A stretch of DNA of 64,000 nt from Promethearchaeota archaeon (GTDB taxonomy: Archaea > Asgardarchaeota > Lokiarchaeia > Sigyniarchaeales > SOKP01). The DNA lies in the NCBI GenBank assembly GCA_016839555.1, contig JAEOUA010000008.1:64001-128000 (forward strand), given 5' to 3'. How positions within the stretch are numbered: position 1 is the first letter of the stretch; each line of letters opens with the position of its first letter. Position numbers and translations under genes: made by a program. Of this stretch, positions 63,273-64,000 are shown in pieces. Below the pieces are notes generated by a model. That model had not been told where the DNA came from. It made no database searches and worked only from the letters and a program-made list of their open reading frames with translations.

Positions 63273-63447
63273 ATTAAAATATTATTTTTTATATTATTTC
63301 ATTTTTTTCTATAACTTTTTTTAACAATCAATATCAAATTTTTCTTTAAGAACCATAAAAAAAAGAAAAAATAAGGATATTGAAAAAATCTATAAATATC
63401 ACTTTAACATATTATTATTTTGATAAAATTATTAAAAGTGATGAACT

Positions 63448-64000
63448 ATGGAATCTTTCAAAAAAATATATGATAAAATCCATGCGAGTTATTTTTCATT
63501 CATCGGACTTGCGATATTTTTTATTGGAATAATACCCGCCATGATAGTTCAAGAGAATTTTAATATTTTTACTTATACTATCAGTGATTTGGGATCTCCA
63601 ATAAACAGTTTATACATTTTCTTTGATATATGTTGGTTTATTACGGGGATTTTCATGATATTCTTTCTTTTGGGTTTTACTTTTTACTTACAAGAAAAGG
63701 GGGTAGAAAGCAAAATGACATGGATTACTTTTTTATTTACATTTCTTTCAGCTGTAGGCCTTCTAGGATTAGCAGCATTTAATAAAATAAATGCCCCTGG
63801 GCTGCATGAATTAAGCCAATATCTTTTCTTCTTTACGGGAATCGTTTATTTGATTCTATATTTTGTTATAGAATTAAAGAATACAGAATTTTCAAAATTA
63901 CAGGCGTGGTTCAATTTAATAGTGGCCTTCTTTTTTATGTTATATTTGCTCTTATTTATTATTAGTAAAATTATAAAAACCTTTCCTACAGGAGTTCGAA
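63448..64000 (+). CDS. DUF998-like membrane protein, runs off the window
   Basis: Hand translation MESFKK...YTISDLGSP..., several TM helices, LH motif. Confidence 0.7.
   Translation, partial: MESFKKIYDKIHASYFSFIGLAIFFIGIIPAMIVQENFNIFTYTISDLGSPINSLYIFFDICWFITGIFMIFFLLGFTFYLQEKGVESKMTWITFLFTFLSAVGLLGLAAFNKINAPGLHELSQYLFFFTGIVYLILYFVIELKNTEFSKLQAWFNLIVAFFFMLYLLLFIISKIIKTFPTGVR

Noticed and set aside
1-64000. CRISPR array, tRNA/rRNA, transposase or provirus
   Set aside because: No regularly spaced repeats, no GC-rich cloverleaf or rRNA-like segment, and no integrase, transposase or capsid motifs seen

Overview
A very AT-rich archaeal chromosomal segment. Gene content (eS26, TFB next to Gar1, ArcS/RaSEA, TrmY, CdhE, roadblock proteins, a longin-like/small-GTPase fusion, a SNAP-like helical repeat protein) points to an Asgard archaeon, most likely Lokiarchaeia; this is inferred from content only. 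About 55 CDS; no rRNA, tRNA, CRISPR array or intact transposase was recognised. Blocks: (1) 1-7.6 kb, a corrinoid methyl-transfer locus with two divergent pyrrolysine-free MttB paralogues, a corrinoid protein, a Zn-motif MtaA/URO-D-like enzyme, a Cys/Met PLP enzyme and two CCG Fe-S proteins; (2) 10-24 kb, a redox/O2-defence island (FTR + glutaredoxin, Isf, OsmC, NAD(P)H oxidoreductase-rubredoxin fusion, FprA, ferritin-like, SOR); (3) 25-64 kb, mostly housekeeping (RNase Z, ABC exporter, CdhE, fumarase, CobN/ChlD, TFB, archaeosine genes, AhcY). Most notable sequence-level observations: an 85-nt near-perfect inverted repeat inside the otherwise synonymously diverged MttB paralogues (candidate invertible segment or gene conversion); a candidate ~130-nt structured ncRNA upstream of a second corrinoid gene; a shared TCTAATAAG motif upstream of the redox genes; several probable ATT/ATA start codons; a ThiS/SAMP-like protein ending GG-R; and two apparent deletion scars. 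All family calls come from motif recognition by eye; no database search was run.
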